Shown piece by piece: positions 30,328-40,805 of a DNA stretch of 64,000 nucleotides. A program made the translations under genes and the position numbers. Under the pieces are notes generated by a model. It was not told the origin of the DNA. It was given only the letters and a program-made list of their open reading frames with translations, and did not search any database. Source of the DNA: Minisyncoccota bacterium (GTDB lineage Bacteria > Patescibacteriota > Minisyncoccia > Phycocordibacterales > JABAAK01). Positions within the stretch are counted from its first letter, which is position 1. Each line of letters starts with the position of its first letter. The DNA lies in contig OZ244141.1 of NCBI GenBank assembly GCA_965216295.1, positions 78,163-142,162 of the forward strand, in the 5' to 3' direction.

Positions 30328-32661
30328 CTATCCAACTTTTTTGACATGTTCTAGTAATCCCCACACACAACCAACCTTCACATCCACCAAAAGTGGTATG
30401 GGTTTTTTATCTTTTGGATAGACACTTTCCATCTTTTGAGTGATAAGAGATATTGATTCATCAAGTACCTCTGATTTTACTTCAAAGAAAAGTTCGTCAT
30501 GAATCTGTAAAAGCATTCGCACATTACCTTTCAGCTTTTTGTTTTCTGAGATTTCTTTATCAATTGCAATCATTGCCTGTTTGATAATGTCAGCTGCAGT
30601 TCCTTGTATTGGTGCATTCATTGCCATTCGCTCTGCTTGTGCGCGAACAAAAGAGAGTGAAGAGGTGGCGCCGTGTATGGGACGACTCCGACCAAACACT
30701 GTCTGCACACACCCATTTTCTCTCGCCTCTTTTTTTAAACTCTCCAAGTATGTGGTGAGTTGTGGAAATGTCAGTCGATATTCTTCTAAAAATTGTTTTG
30801 CCTCCTGCTGTGATACCGAACCGAGTGCGCGTCGCAGTGCAACAGCACCCATACCATATAAAATACCAAAATTAACAACCTTGGCTTGTCGCCGCTGCTC
30901 TGTTGTCACTTCACTCTGTGAGATGTGAAAGATGTGTGCTGCAACAGAGGTGTGGATATCCTCTCCTTGTTTGAAGCTGGTGAGTAAATTTTCCTCACCA
31001 GAGAGAATGGCTGAAATACGAAGCTCAAATTGTGAGTAATCAGCGGTGAGTAATTGCCACCCTGGTGTTGCGGTGAATAAATGCTTTATCTCCTGCCCTT
31101 CAGGGGTTGCTGTTGGAATGTTTTGCATATTCGGCTCACGAGAAGCAAGACGACCGGTGGTAGTTCCGCTCTGTATAAAATTGGTGTGTAAACGATTGTT
31201 GGCATCGATAAGCTTGATAAATACAGCAATGTATGAAGAGAGTAATTTTTTCAAGTGTCGATATTGAAGAATAAGTGGAATGACTGGATGTTCGTCGTAC
31301 ATATCAAGCAACACCGATTCTTTTGTTGATCGTTGTCCAGTAGAGGTTTTTACCTTTCGTCCTGATTGTAAAGAAAGCTCTTCAAAGAGAATCACGCCCA
31401 ACTGTTTGGGTGAATTAATATTAAACTCCTTTCCTGCGATAGTGTGTATGTTTTTTTCTATCGCAAGGAGTTTTTTTTCTAACATCTTCTTGAGTGGAAC
31501 CAATGCTTTTTTATCCATATGCACACCAACCTCTTCCATTTTTTGCAAGATTGGTATAAGTGGTTTTTCAATATCTTCCCACACTGAGAATCGGTTTGTT
31601 TTTTGTAACTCTGCAAGGATTTTTGCATTCGCCTGCGCCACCGTCTTTGTGTCTGTGTAGGAGAGTATTTCTTTGACACCAACATTCACTTTATCGGCAT
31701 CAAGTACCCACAACGCAATAGCGGTTTCAAGAGTAAGCGCGGGAGATGCTTCATTTCCATCTTCAACTACCATCTCTTCTATACCGAGTAATTTTTGGTA
31801 GCGCTTTATGGTTGATGTAAGGGCGTATGCTTGTAATCTCTCTTGTGCATCTTTCCAAGAAACTCGCTCCTGCCACTTTCCAGAAATCTGTCGCTCTAGA
31901 GGGAGTGGGAGGTCAACATGTATAGTTGCAAGTTCTCGTGATTGCAGCGCACTCTCTTTATGCTCTTCCAACAATCCCACCACTCGTTTTTTGAAACCTT
32001 GTTTTTCAAGATTTCCAGAATCAACCGCGTCATATATCGCGTCAAGGTTGCCGATGGTACTGATAAGCTTCTTTGCTGTCACAGCACCAATACCAAAAAC
32101 TCCAGGAATGTTATCAGAAGCATCTCCCGCAAGCCCTTTGTAATCAGGAAGATGGTGTGGTGGAAAGCCGTATTTTTGCTCAACCGCTTGTGCTCCCATT
32201 ACTGCAAATTCCTTGGTGCCACGAACAAGAAGGTGGACAGACACACGAGTATCATCAACAAGCTGAAGAAGATCATTGTCACATGTGATGATAACAATAT
32301 CGTCTTTGAGTTTCTTTACTAAAGATCCAATAATATCATCTGCCTCGTACCCCGCCTTCTCTAACACAACAACACCAAGTGATGGTAGCAACTCTTTTGC
32401 TCCATTAATTTGTTCAATCAGGTCGTCTTCGGGTACTTCTCGCGTTCCTTTATACGCGCTATACATCTCCGAGCGCACAGTTGGTTCTGGCCTATCAAAA
32501 CAAGCAATGACCGTGTCTGGTTTGAGTGTTTCAAGAAGGTGTGTTGTTGTTTGTAAAAATCCATACAAGGCACCCGTTGGTTTTCCCTCAGGGGTAGTGA
32601 GGTTTGGTATGGCGTAGTAAGAGCGATAGAGAAGTGCGAGTGAGTCTAAAAGTAGTGTCAT
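30328..32661 (-). CDS. polA: DNA polymerase I
   Basis: N-terminal 5'-3' exonuclease domain (LLLDSLALLYRSYYAIP...GALYGF) plus the family A polymerase motifs (DYSQFELRI; ...QIHDELFFEV). Confidence 0.9.
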   Translation of the reverse strand: MTLLLDSLALLYRSYYAIPNLTTPEGKPTGALYGFLQTTTHLLETLKPDTVIACFDRPEPTVRSEMYSAYKGTREVPEDDLIEQINGAKELLPSLGVVVLEKAGYEADDIIGSLVKKLKDDIVIITCDNDLLQLVDDTRVSVHLLVRGTKEFAVMGAQAVEQKYGFPPHHLPDYKGLAGDASDNIPGVFGIGAVTAKKLISTIGNLDAIYDAVDSGNLEKQGFKKRVVGLLEEHKESALQSRELATIHVDLPLPLERQISGKWQERVSWKDAQERLQAYALTSTIKRYQKLLGIEEMVVEDGNEASPALTLETAIALWVLDADKVNVGVKEILSYTDTKTVAQANAKILAELQKTNRFSVWEDIEKPLIPILQKMEEVGVHMDKKALVPLKKMLEKKLLAIEKNIHTIAGKEFNINSPKQLGVILFEELSLQSGRKVKTSTGQRSTKESVLLDMYDEHPVIPLILQYRHLKKLLSSYIAVFIKLIDANNRLHTNFIQSGTTTGRLASREPNMQNIPTATPEGQEIKHLFTATPGWQLLTADYSQFELRISAILSGEENLLTSFKQGEDIHTSVAAHIFHISQSEVTTEQRRQAKVVNFGILYGMGAVALRRALGSVSQQEAKQFLEEYRLTFPQLTTYLESLKKEARENGCVQTVFGRSRPIHGATSSLSFVRAQAERMAMNAPIQGTAADIIKQAMIAIDKEISENKKLKGNVRMLLQIHDELFFEVKSEVLDESISLITQKMESVYPKDKKPIPLLVDVKVGCVWGLLEHVKKVG

Positions 32662-33116
32662 GGTGTGGGGGTAAATGTGTGTGTTGCTCCGTTCACAGAT
32701 ATGGTAACACCATATGCATTTTTTGGTATGTATTTTGGAGCACGCTCAGGCCATTCAATAATAGTGAGATTCTTTGTTTTTGTCATAACAGCCTCCCAAC
32801 CAAGTGTCTCTATCTCCTTTTCATCCTCCAAACGATATAAATCAACGTGTGTCAAGTATTGAAAGGTCTCGTCGGTTGTTATATATTCTTTATGAAGTAC
32901 AAATGTTGCACTCGTAATGGTCTCAGAAACACCAAGAAGCCCCCCTATCTCTTTTACTAATGCTGTTTTACCAGACCCCAGTGGTCCAGATAGTAATAAC
33001 ACCACTTTTGTATCTTTATGAACACCATCTAAAACTTCTTTTTTAATATGTTCAAGGAGTGCTTTTGCAAACACCGCAACCTCTTGGATACTTGTTGTCT
33101 CTGTCTTTTGAAGCAT
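32658..33116 (-). CDS. tsaE: tRNA threonylcarbamoyladenosine biosynthesis protein TsaE
   Basis: P-loop LSGPLGSGKTALV and DLYRL motif. The track ORF extends upstream to 33206; the likely start is at MLQKTETT. Confidence 0.8.
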   Translation of the reverse strand: MLQKTETTSIQEVAVFAKALLEHIKKEVLDGVHKDTKVVLLLSGPLGSGKTALVKEIGGLLGVSETITSATFVLHKEYITTDETFQYLTHVDLYRLEDEKEIETLGWEAVMTKTKNLTIIEWPERAPKYIPKNAYGVTISVNGATHTFTPTP

Positions 33117-33158
33117 GTCTGTAGCATAGCATTGGTGGTAAGTGATACACTGTTGGTA

Positions 33159-34838
33159 ATGGGTGTATTTAAAAATGAGATCGTAGAAACAAAGCTGCGA
33201 GAACACTACAAAGAGGAGGAGGAGCGATTAATGCAGTACCTCTCTGAGAGATATAACCTACCCTATCTCATCTTGTCAGATGTTTCTTTAGAGCCAGATG
33301 CCCTCCAGATGATCAAAGAAGAGCGAGCAAAAGAGGGTGAATTTGTAGTTTTTAAAAGATTGAAAAAAAATCTTTTTGTGGCGACACGAAATCACAAAAA
33401 TCCCATATTACAAGAATCTCTTCAAGAATTTAAAAAGAGGGGGTTTTCTGTAAAACTCCATCTCATCTCTCGAACAACTCTCAATAGACTCTTATCCTAC
33501 TATCAGGACATTAAACCGACCATAGCGACCACCTCAGGAACTTTCACAATTACCGGAAAAGAGTTTTACGCAAAATCAAAAGAGATTCGATCAATCGAAC
33601 AAGCACGAGAATTTCTCAAATCACTTGCTGGTATGAGTAGTTCCCGTCGTATCTCAAAAAATGTTGAGTATATTCTTACATCAGCCATGAGCCTTGGTGC
33701 CTCTGATATACATATTGAACCAAACAGTGAGGGGGGTGCTGTGCGATATCGATTAGATGGTGTGTTGGTAACCATTGTTGAGTTTTCACCACAAGAAATG
33801 AAACAACTCATCACGCGAATAAAGCTGGTTGCTGGTATGAAAATTAATATTATCACTCAGGCACAAGATGGTAGTTTTGTTGTTCAACTTCCTGATCATG
33901 CAATTAGTGTTCGTGCGTCCACCGTACCACAAGAGGTTGGTGAGTCTTTTGTGCTTCGTCTACTAGACCCAAACACTGTTTTGCATGAAATTGAAAAGCT
34001 TGGTTTGCATAAAATTGTTTTAGAAACCTTTCAGGAAGAAATAAAAAAACCGCACGGTATGATTATCACAACAGGACCAACAGGATCTGGTAAAACAACA
34101 ACGCTCTATTCATTCCTTAACGCTGTTAAATCACCAGGAGTGAAAATAATTACTCTTGAGGATCCAGTAGAATACCGCCTTCCTGGTATCATTCAAACAC
34201 AAATAGAGAAGAAGTATACTTTTGCGTCTGGGTTGCGAGCTATTTTGCGACAAGATCCTGACATAATCCTTGTTGGTGAGATTCGTGATGAAGAAGTTGC
34301 TGGAGTTGCAATACAAGCATCACTCACAGGACACATGGTCTTTTCCACCCTACACACAAATGATGCAATTGGAACACTCCCCCGTCTTGTTGGGTTTGGT
34401 GTTGATCCTAAGTCACTTTCTCAAGCACTCAATCTTGTTATAGCCCAGCGCTTGGTGCGAAAATTGTGCCCACACTGTTCTGAAAAACAAGTATTAAACG
34501 ATGAACAAAAAAAGAAGGTGAATAATTTTATAGCAGCACTTCCTGATGGGTATAAAACAGAGAAATTATCCTTTGATACTATCCGAGAAGTTGGGCCGAG
34601 TAGTAAAACATGTGAACGTTGTGTTGGTGGTTATAAAGGTCGTGTTGGTGTATTTGAAACGTTCCGCGTTGGACCAGAAGAAGAGATGTCTGTTATACAA
34701 GGTGCAACCACAAAAGAATTGCAAGACGTTATTAAAAAACAAGGGTTGCCGTTTATGCATCAAGATGGTTTATATAAAGTACTCACTGGTGTCACTTCTT
34801 TTGCTGAATTAGGGCGTGTGTTAGGATTATATATATAA
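33159..34838 (+). CDS. Type II secretion / type IV pilus assembly ATPase (GspE/PilB family)
   Basis: Walker A TTGPTGSGKTTT, Asp box, His box, tetracysteine motif (CPHC...CERC). The track ORF starts at 33048; the likely start is MGVFKNE. Confidence 0.85.
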   Translation: MGVFKNEIVETKLREHYKEEEERLMQYLSERYNLPYLILSDVSLEPDALQMIKEERAKEGEFVVFKRLKKNLFVATRNHKNPILQESLQEFKKRGFSVKLHLISRTTLNRLLSYYQDIKPTIATTSGTFTITGKEFYAKSKEIRSIEQAREFLKSLAGMSSSRRISKNVEYILTSAMSLGASDIHIEPNSEGGAVRYRLDGVLVTIVEFSPQEMKQLITRIKLVAGMKINIITQAQDGSFVVQLPDHAISVRASTVPQEVGESFVLRLLDPNTVLHEIEKLGLHKIVLETFQEEIKKPHGMIITTGPTGSGKTTTLYSFLNAVKSPGVKIITLEDPVEYRLPGIIQTQIEKKYTFASGLRAILRQDPDIILVGEIRDEEVAGVAIQASLTGHMVFSTLHTNDAIGTLPRLVGFGVDPKSLSQALNLVIAQRLVRKLCPHCSEKQVLNDEQKKKVNNFIAALPDGYKTEKLSFDTIREVGPSSKTCERCVGGYKGRVGVFETFRVGPEEEMSVIQGATTKELQDVIKKQGLPFMHQDGLYKVLTGVTSFAELGRVLGLYI

Positions 34839-34841
34839 GTA

Positions 34842-35825
34842 TTGTTGTATATGGCATCAAAGGAATTATCACACTCACTGGACACCCTCCTGCGCCCGGG
34901 TGAGTGGGGTGAGTATGTTGGTCAAGAGGTGGTAAAGAAAAACTTGCAAACGTTAATACAAGCGGCGTGTGAGCGAAAGCAGGTGCCGGAACACATACTT
35001 CTTTACGGCTCCGCTGGACTTGGTAAAACAACACTCGCACACATCATTGGTGCTGAGTTGAAACTGCCAGTACAGGTAACATCAGGTGTTGTTGTTGAGC
35101 GGTCTGGAGATATTGTGTCGCTTCTTTCAACAATGGAGTTGGGTGGAGTTTTGTTTATTGATGAGATTCATCGCATGAGTCGTGTGTGTGAAGAAACACT
35201 CTACCCCATTATGGAATCTGGTGGTCTAGATATTGTCGTTGGTAAAGGTCCAACAGCTCGTTCAGTACATATAGATTTACCACCAACAACAATTATTGGA
35301 GCAACAACTCAAATTGGAAAAATTTCAGCACCACTGAGATCACGATTCTCTGGGGGTGTGCTTCGTTTAAGTAACTACAACACAGAAGAACTTGCTGAAA
35401 TCATTACTCGATCTGCAAAATTATTAGAAGTGGCAATATCACCAAAAGCAGCGGCTGCAATAGCGGAGCGGTCGAGAAGTACGCCTCGTATAGCAAACTA
35501 TCTTCTCAAAAGAGTTCGTGATTATGCGCAAATAAAAAATATTCAGATTGATCCTGATGTGGTTGAAGAAGCGCTCCAAGAAAGATCGATTGATGCGTAT
35601 GGTCTCACTGAAGAAGATAGAATGTTATTAACCACCATTCGAGATACTTTCTCTGGCGGACCAGTTGGCATTAAAACCCTCGCCACAGTTATGAATGAAG
35701 ATGTTAGCGCAATTGAAGAGGTTTATGAGCCATTTTTACTCCAAACAGGATTTTTGGAGAGAAAGCCACACGGTAGATGTATAACAAACAAAGGAATTGA
35801 ATATTTGAGTGGTGTTGGTTTGTAA
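34842..35825 (+). CDS. ruvB: Holliday junction ATP-dependent DNA helicase RuvB
   Basis: Walker A GSAGLGKTTLAHIIG, Walker B LFIDEIHR, sensor motifs. Confidence 0.9.
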   Translation: MLYMASKELSHSLDTLLRPGEWGEYVGQEVVKKNLQTLIQAACERKQVPEHILLYGSAGLGKTTLAHIIGAELKLPVQVTSGVVVERSGDIVSLLSTMELGGVLFIDEIHRMSRVCEETLYPIMESGGLDIVVGKGPTARSVHIDLPPTTIIGATTQIGKISAPLRSRFSGGVLRLSNYNTEELAEIITRSAKLLEVAISPKAAAAIAERSRSTPRIANYLLKRVRDYAQIKNIQIDPDVVEEALQERSIDAYGLTEEDRMLLTTIRDTFSGGPVGIKTLATVMNEDVSAIEEVYEPFLLQTGFLERKPHGRCITNKGIEYLSGVGL

Positions 35826-35864
35826 TATTGGTTTTTCTGATGAAATTGGTATAGTACTGATACT

Positions 35865-36416
35865 ATGTCTGGACATAACAAATGGTCAAAAATAAAGCAC
35901 AAAAAGGCTGCTAGTGATATAAAGAAGAGTAAGGCTTTTTCTCGACTGACCAAACTTATTACTGCAGAATCAAGACGATCGAGTGGTGATATAACATCAC
36001 CAGGACTTCGGGCGGCTATTGATCAAGCAAAACTTATCAACCTACCGTCTCAAAACATACAACGCGCCATTGATCGCGGCTCTGGTGCTGGTGATTTGGT
36101 ATTGAGTGAGGTTTGGTATGAAGTGTATGGTCCTGAAAACTCTGTTTTGCGCATACAAACCCTAACAGATAATAAAAACAGAACCGCAGCAGAGATTCGT
36201 TCCATTCTGTCTAAAAAAGGGTTTGTTATTGCAAAACAAAATTCTACCTCTTGGATGTTTGACATAACTCCCAACAGCACCAAACCCAAAGAGGTGGTAG
36301 CGCTTCCTACTGATAAGCTGATTGTTTTTGAGGAATTACTACAATCTATTACTAATGATTCTGATGATGTTCAGAAAATTGTTACAAATGTTGCTGGTAG
36401 TGAGGTTTTTGTATGA
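35865..36416 (+). CDS. yebC: YebC/PmpR-family transcriptional regulator (short form)
   Basis: MSGHNKWSKIKHKKAASDIKKSKAFSRL is the YebC N-terminal signature. Sits in the ruvB-ruvC context. Confidence 0.8.
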   Translation: MSGHNKWSKIKHKKAASDIKKSKAFSRLTKLITAESRRSSGDITSPGLRAAIDQAKLINLPSQNIQRAIDRGSGAGDLVLSEVWYEVYGPENSVLRIQTLTDNKNRTAAEIRSILSKKGFVIAKQNSTSWMFDITPNSTKPKEVVALPTDKLIVFEELLQSITNDSDDVQKIVTNVAGSEVFV

Positions 36417-36922
36417 AAGTTTTTGCAGTAGATCCTGGTTTTGGTAGGATTGGCTTTGCGTTGGTTGAAAAGGCAATACCAAAAAACAATGTTATTTTTT
36501 CTGAATGTTTTGTAACACCTACCAACAAATCTCAATCACAGAGAATTGCTATGGTTGGTGATCGTTTTGAGCAACTCCTTGATAGGTTTAAACCAAAGAT
36601 TGTTGTTTTAGAAAAATTGTTTTTTTCAAAAAACAAAAAAACTGCCATGCGTGTTGCAGAAGTTCGCGGCATGCTTATTGCACAAACAATACAGAGAGGG
36701 TTGGAACTACAAGAATACACACCGGCGCAAGTAAAACTTGCGGTTGCTGGTTCTGGTAATGCAGACAAGAAACAAATGATGAAAATGATTCCTCATATAG
36801 TTATCATAAATCCTGACAAAAAGATGTTGGACGATGAATATGATGCGATTGCCATTGGAGTGACTTGTATACAACACAATAGCTATAAAAAATTTCTGGG
36901 TGATAATGTGTTAAGTGCGTAA
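36413..36922 (+). CDS. ruvC: Crossover junction endodeoxyribonuclease RuvC
   Basis: MKVFAVDPGFGRIGFALVE (catalytic Asp); RNase H-like fold. Start overlaps the yebC stop. Confidence 0.85.
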   Translation: MKVFAVDPGFGRIGFALVEKAIPKNNVIFSECFVTPTNKSQSQRIAMVGDRFEQLLDRFKPKIVVLEKLFFSKNKKTAMRVAEVRGMLIAQTIQRGLELQEYTPAQVKLAVAGSGNADKKQMMKMIPHIVIINPDKKMLDDEYDAIAIGVTCIQHNSYKKFLGDNVLSA

Positions 36923-36933
36923 TAAAAATTTAT

Positions 36934-39444
36934 ATGAGTTGGTATACTATAATAAAAAAAAATAATTTGTTAAAAATACTGTTGATACTTTCCATCTCTG
37001 GTTTTCTAGTTGTGGCTGGCTTTATGATTCTTTTTTTCACCTTCACACCACTACCAGACATTGAACAAATCGGACTTGTTGGTGACACTGAATCAATTAA
37101 AATCACTGATCGCAACGACAATTTTTTATTTGATTTTTCAGAAAACAAGAGGCGTAAATATATCTCTTACGAAGATATATCAAAAAATATTATTAATGCA
37201 ACAATTGCCATAGAAGATAAAAACTTTTTTAATCATGGTGGTGTTGAATTTGGAGCTCTGTTGCGAGCAACATTAGTCAATCTGCGCAGTGGTGATTTTA
37301 CGCAAGGTGGTTCAACCATTACACAGCAGGTAGTGAAAAACCTGCTTCTAACAAATGAAAAAGATGTGGTGCGAAAATTAAAAGAATTTGTTTTGGCAAT
37401 AAAACTAGAGAGTGGTTATTCAAAGGAGGAAATTCTTAGTTTTTACTTCAACAACATTTCATATGGTGGTGTTATTTATGGTGTTGGTGAGGCGGCAAAT
37501 TCGTTTTTTGGAAAATCAGCAAAAGACATATCTGTTGCAGAAGCTGCCTATCTTGCAGCGATACCAAACGCACCAACACGACTTTCCCCATACAGATCAA
37601 ACAAAAAAGACCTGGAAAAAAGAAAAAATTACACATTAGAAAGGATGCTGAGTTTGGGATTTATTAACCAAGAACAATTTATCTCAGCAAGTAATGAAAA
37701 TGTATATTTTCAAAAACAAAATGTTTTTTCTGTAAAAGCACCTCATTTTGTTTTTTTTGTTAAAAATCATTTAGAGAATAAATATGGTGATACTTTGAGA
37801 AATCTACAAGGGAAAACAATTCGCACAACACTTGATTTAGAATTACAACAACACACAGAAGAGGTTGTTCGAGAGTTTGCACCAAAGCTTGAAGAAAGAT
37901 ATGGAGCAAAAAACACCGCCGTGGTGATACTTTCAACAAAAACAGGTGATATACTCACCATGCTTGGTTCAAAAGATTATTTTGATACAGAGGTTGATGG
38001 TGAGGTAAATGTCACCACATCATTAAGACAGCCGGGATCTACATTTAAACCATTTGTATACGCAACACTTCTTGAAAGGGGGTTTACACCCCAAACAACA
38101 CTTTTTGATGTACCAACACAGTTTAGTACAAGATGTTTAAAAACGGACATAACATACCCTGAAGAGGGGGATGATGAGTTTTTTGAGAAAAACAATGATT
38201 GTTATTTACCAAAAAACTATAATGAAAAATTTCACGGTCCAGTAAGTTTTAGAGATGCGCTCGCACAATCAATCAACATAGCTGCGGTAAAAGCAATGTA
38301 TATCGCCGGATTGCCAGACGTTATTAAGTTGGTAAAATCTGCTGGAATTACCAGCATATCAAGTGGTGGTAATTATGGATTAACATTAGTACTTGGTGGG
38401 GGTGAAGTAAGCCCTCTTGAGTTGGGTGATGCATACACTATATTTGCAAATGATGGTGAGTTTGTTGAATATCGATGGGATGTCTCATCTCCAATAATTA
38501 AAAGAAAAGTTCTGCCAACTGGAGTTGCTCAAGATATTAATGATATACTTTCAGACAACAAGGCGAGATCGCCAGCTTTTGGATTACACTCACCTCTTCG
38601 TTTTGACAAATACTCGGTTGCGGCAAAAACTGGTACTACCAACAACTCTCGTGATATTTGGGTAGTTGGTTACACTCCAGATGTGGTGGTTGTTGTTTGG
38701 GGTGGTAATCCTATTGGAGACCCTATTATTGATGGTGTTGGTGGTACTGGGTTGGCACTCTCCTCAATGTTTCATAAAATTATTGAAAAGGCTGCGGATT
38801 TGTATAGTTCACCACAAAGTAAATTTTCGAAAAATGTGCAACCAAAACCAACCCAACCACCAGCGCTTCGTGGTGTCTGGTGGGATACTAGAGATAAACC
38901 ACACTCAATACTTCACTATCTTAACAAGAAAGATCCTGTAAATGAAAAACCTTTGTATGAAAATGATTCTCAGTATGATTATTGGGAATACGCAATACAA
39001 GAATGGGAGAAAGATAATGGTGCTTTGTTATATCAAAGAATGAATGATGTGGAAAAAGTAAAAAATGGAAATTATTTAAAAATTGTATTACCTGTTTTAG
39101 GTACTATCATACAACCTGATGAGTATCAAACTGTGCAAATTATTAATACTAATGAAAACACATCTCGTTATGAATTTTATATACAAGATAAACTAATTGG
39201 ATCATCACATCTACCAAACATATATTTTTTACCATCCCTCTTTTTAGACGGTTCTGAAGAAGTGTTGTATATTAAGGTTGTTGTATATAGTAATAATGGT
39301 ACTAATATTATAGAACAAGAGTATAAAACAAATCTATATAGCGGTTTTGATAATACACCCCCATCAATAGAATCAGAAGAAGATCAGTTTTTTATATTCA
39401 GCAATCCAGTACCAATACCAAGACAATTCGATAGAGATTTTTAA
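36934..39444 (+). CDS. Bifunctional class A penicillin-binding protein (PBP1A-type) with a C-terminal extension of about 250 aa
   Basis: GT51 motifs (IAIEDKNFFNHGGVE; ...GGSTITQQ), transpeptidase STFKP, SxN, KTG(T). Confidence 0.85.
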   Translation: MSWYTIIKKNNLLKILLILSISGFLVVAGFMILFFTFTPLPDIEQIGLVGDTESIKITDRNDNFLFDFSENKRRKYISYEDISKNIINATIAIEDKNFFNHGGVEFGALLRATLVNLRSGDFTQGGSTITQQVVKNLLLTNEKDVVRKLKEFVLAIKLESGYSKEEILSFYFNNISYGGVIYGVGEAANSFFGKSAKDISVAEAAYLAAIPNAPTRLSPYRSNKKDLEKRKNYTLERMLSLGFINQEQFISASNENVYFQKQNVFSVKAPHFVFFVKNHLENKYGDTLRNLQGKTIRTTLDLELQQHTEEVVREFAPKLEERYGAKNTAVVILSTKTGDILTMLGSKDYFDTEVDGEVNVTTSLRQPGSTFKPFVYATLLERGFTPQTTLFDVPTQFSTRCLKTDITYPEEGDDEFFEKNNDCYLPKNYNEKFHGPVSFRDALAQSINIAAVKAMYIAGLPDVIKLVKSAGITSISSGGNYGLTLVLGGGEVSPLELGDAYTIFANDGEFVEYRWDVSSPIIKRKVLPTGVAQDINDILSDNKARSPAFGLHSPLRFDKYSVAAKTGTTNNSRDIWVVGYTPDVVVVVWGGNPIGDPIIDGVGGTGLALSSMFHKIIEKAADLYSSPQSKFSKNVQPKPTQPPALRGVWWDTRDKPHSILHYLNKKDPVNEKPLYENDSQYDYWEYAIQEWEKDNGALLYQRMNDVEKVKNGNYLKIVLPVLGTIIQPDEYQTVQIINTNENTSRYEFYIQDKLIGSSHLPNIYFLPSLFLDGSEEVLYIKVVVYSNNGTNIIEQEYKTNLYSGFDNTPPSIESEEDQFFIFSNPVPIPRQFDRDF

Positions 39445-40560
39445 TTACTTATTAAGTAGTGGTGAGATAAGTGCTGTAAATAGTTTATGTGAAGCTCCTT
39501 GTATTAAAATAGGTTTTACACCACCACTAACAAAACAAAATCGTATTTTTTCATCATTAATGACTTGTATAGCGTCATTAATAAATCGATAGTTAAAATT
39601 TGGTAATTCCCCGCCCCTTTGTAAATCAGCGATTGGTATTCTATCCTCTGTGGATCCAATAGTATCATTATCAAAATATAGAACAATATAATTACCATCA
39701 ATCTTCATTTTTATAGTATTTAGTGTGTTAGAAAAATATTTTGCTTTTTTGAAAAAATTAAGTACATCATACTTTAAAACAGTGAAACTAATATCAAAAT
39801 TGGTTGGTATTATTTTTTTATAATCTGGGAAAGTGCCAGATGTTGATCGTGTGAAAAAAGTACCCTCTTTCATACCAACACACACACCCTCATCACCTAT
39901 GGTAAGAGCAACTGATGGATTGATTGATGATTCTAATATTTTTAAAATTTTATTAACATTTTTTGCTGGTATAAGTACATCAAAATCTTTAACCATATCA
40001 TCAACAAGAAATCGTATTTCAGCTAATCTAAATGTGTCTGTTGCAACAAAATATATATTTTTTTCTTTAGTTTTAATAAGTACATTATTAAGCTCTTGTT
40101 TAATAACACTTGTAGCTGCGGCGTGTTGGGTTGCTCTCAGTCCACAAATAAACACTTCACGATCTATTGAGAATTTGTTTTTTATATCCTTTGTGTTGAT
40201 ATTTGGAAATTCATCAACAACTCCAGAAATTGTTTTAATTTTTGAAACACTACTCTCTGTTTTAATTTGTAAAACAGAATTATTTTCAACCAAATCTAAT
40301 TCAATAACTGAGTCAATAATTGGTGAAACAACACCGTCAAATATTTTAATTGAAACAATAAACTCTCCCTCACTCTCAACCTCAACATCTGTTTCATACA
40401 CCATAGAAATATCAAATTGAGTAAGATATAAAGATAATTTTTTATCTTTCACAATAATTTTTACAGGATCCTCAACCACCTCACCTAGTTGTGGTGTCAC
40501 TATCCTTGTTAATGTCCTTACACTATTTTTTAAAAAGCTGGTTAATACTTTTACTTTCAT
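39445..40560 (-). CDS. dnaN: DNA polymerase III beta sliding clamp
   Basis: Length of about 370 aa, three-domain clamp-like pattern, and position immediately downstream of dnaA. Confidence 0.7.
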   Translation of the reverse strand: MKVKVLTSFLKNSVRTLTRIVTPQLGEVVEDPVKIIVKDKKLSLYLTQFDISMVYETDVEVESEGEFIVSIKIFDGVVSPIIDSVIELDLVENNSVLQIKTESSVSKIKTISGVVDEFPNINTKDIKNKFSIDREVFICGLRATQHAAATSVIKQELNNVLIKTKEKNIYFVATDTFRLAEIRFLVDDMVKDFDVLIPAKNVNKILKILESSINPSVALTIGDEGVCVGMKEGTFFTRSTSGTFPDYKKIIPTNFDISFTVLKYDVLNFFKKAKYFSNTLNTIKMKIDGNYIVLYFDNDTIGSTEDRIPIADLQRGGELPNFNYRFINDAIQVINDEKIRFCFVSGGVKPILIQGASHKLFTALISPLLNK

Positions 40561-40805
40561 ATTATATATAGTTTATTATTATTGTTATAAGTGTTGAAAA
40601 GTGTAAAAAGAGAAAATAATGAATAATACAAACCTCTAATAGAATTATTATTGTTATTTTCTTGTATAACTTTTTGTGTATAACTTTTTAGAAAATAATT
40701 TAAATCAAATTGATTGTTAATAAGTATTGTTTTTTTAACCAAAACACAAACATGTTTTAAACAATTTATATTTTTATTATTATATACAACATTCAACATA
40801 ATAAT
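40561..40805. promoter_or_regulatory. AT-rich dnaA-dnaN intergenic region with DnaA-box-like motifs (candidate oriC/DUE)
   Basis: About 80% AT. TGTGTATAA (40675-40683) and TTGTATAAC, both one mismatch from the TTATCCACA/TGTGGATAA consensus. Confidence 0.4.
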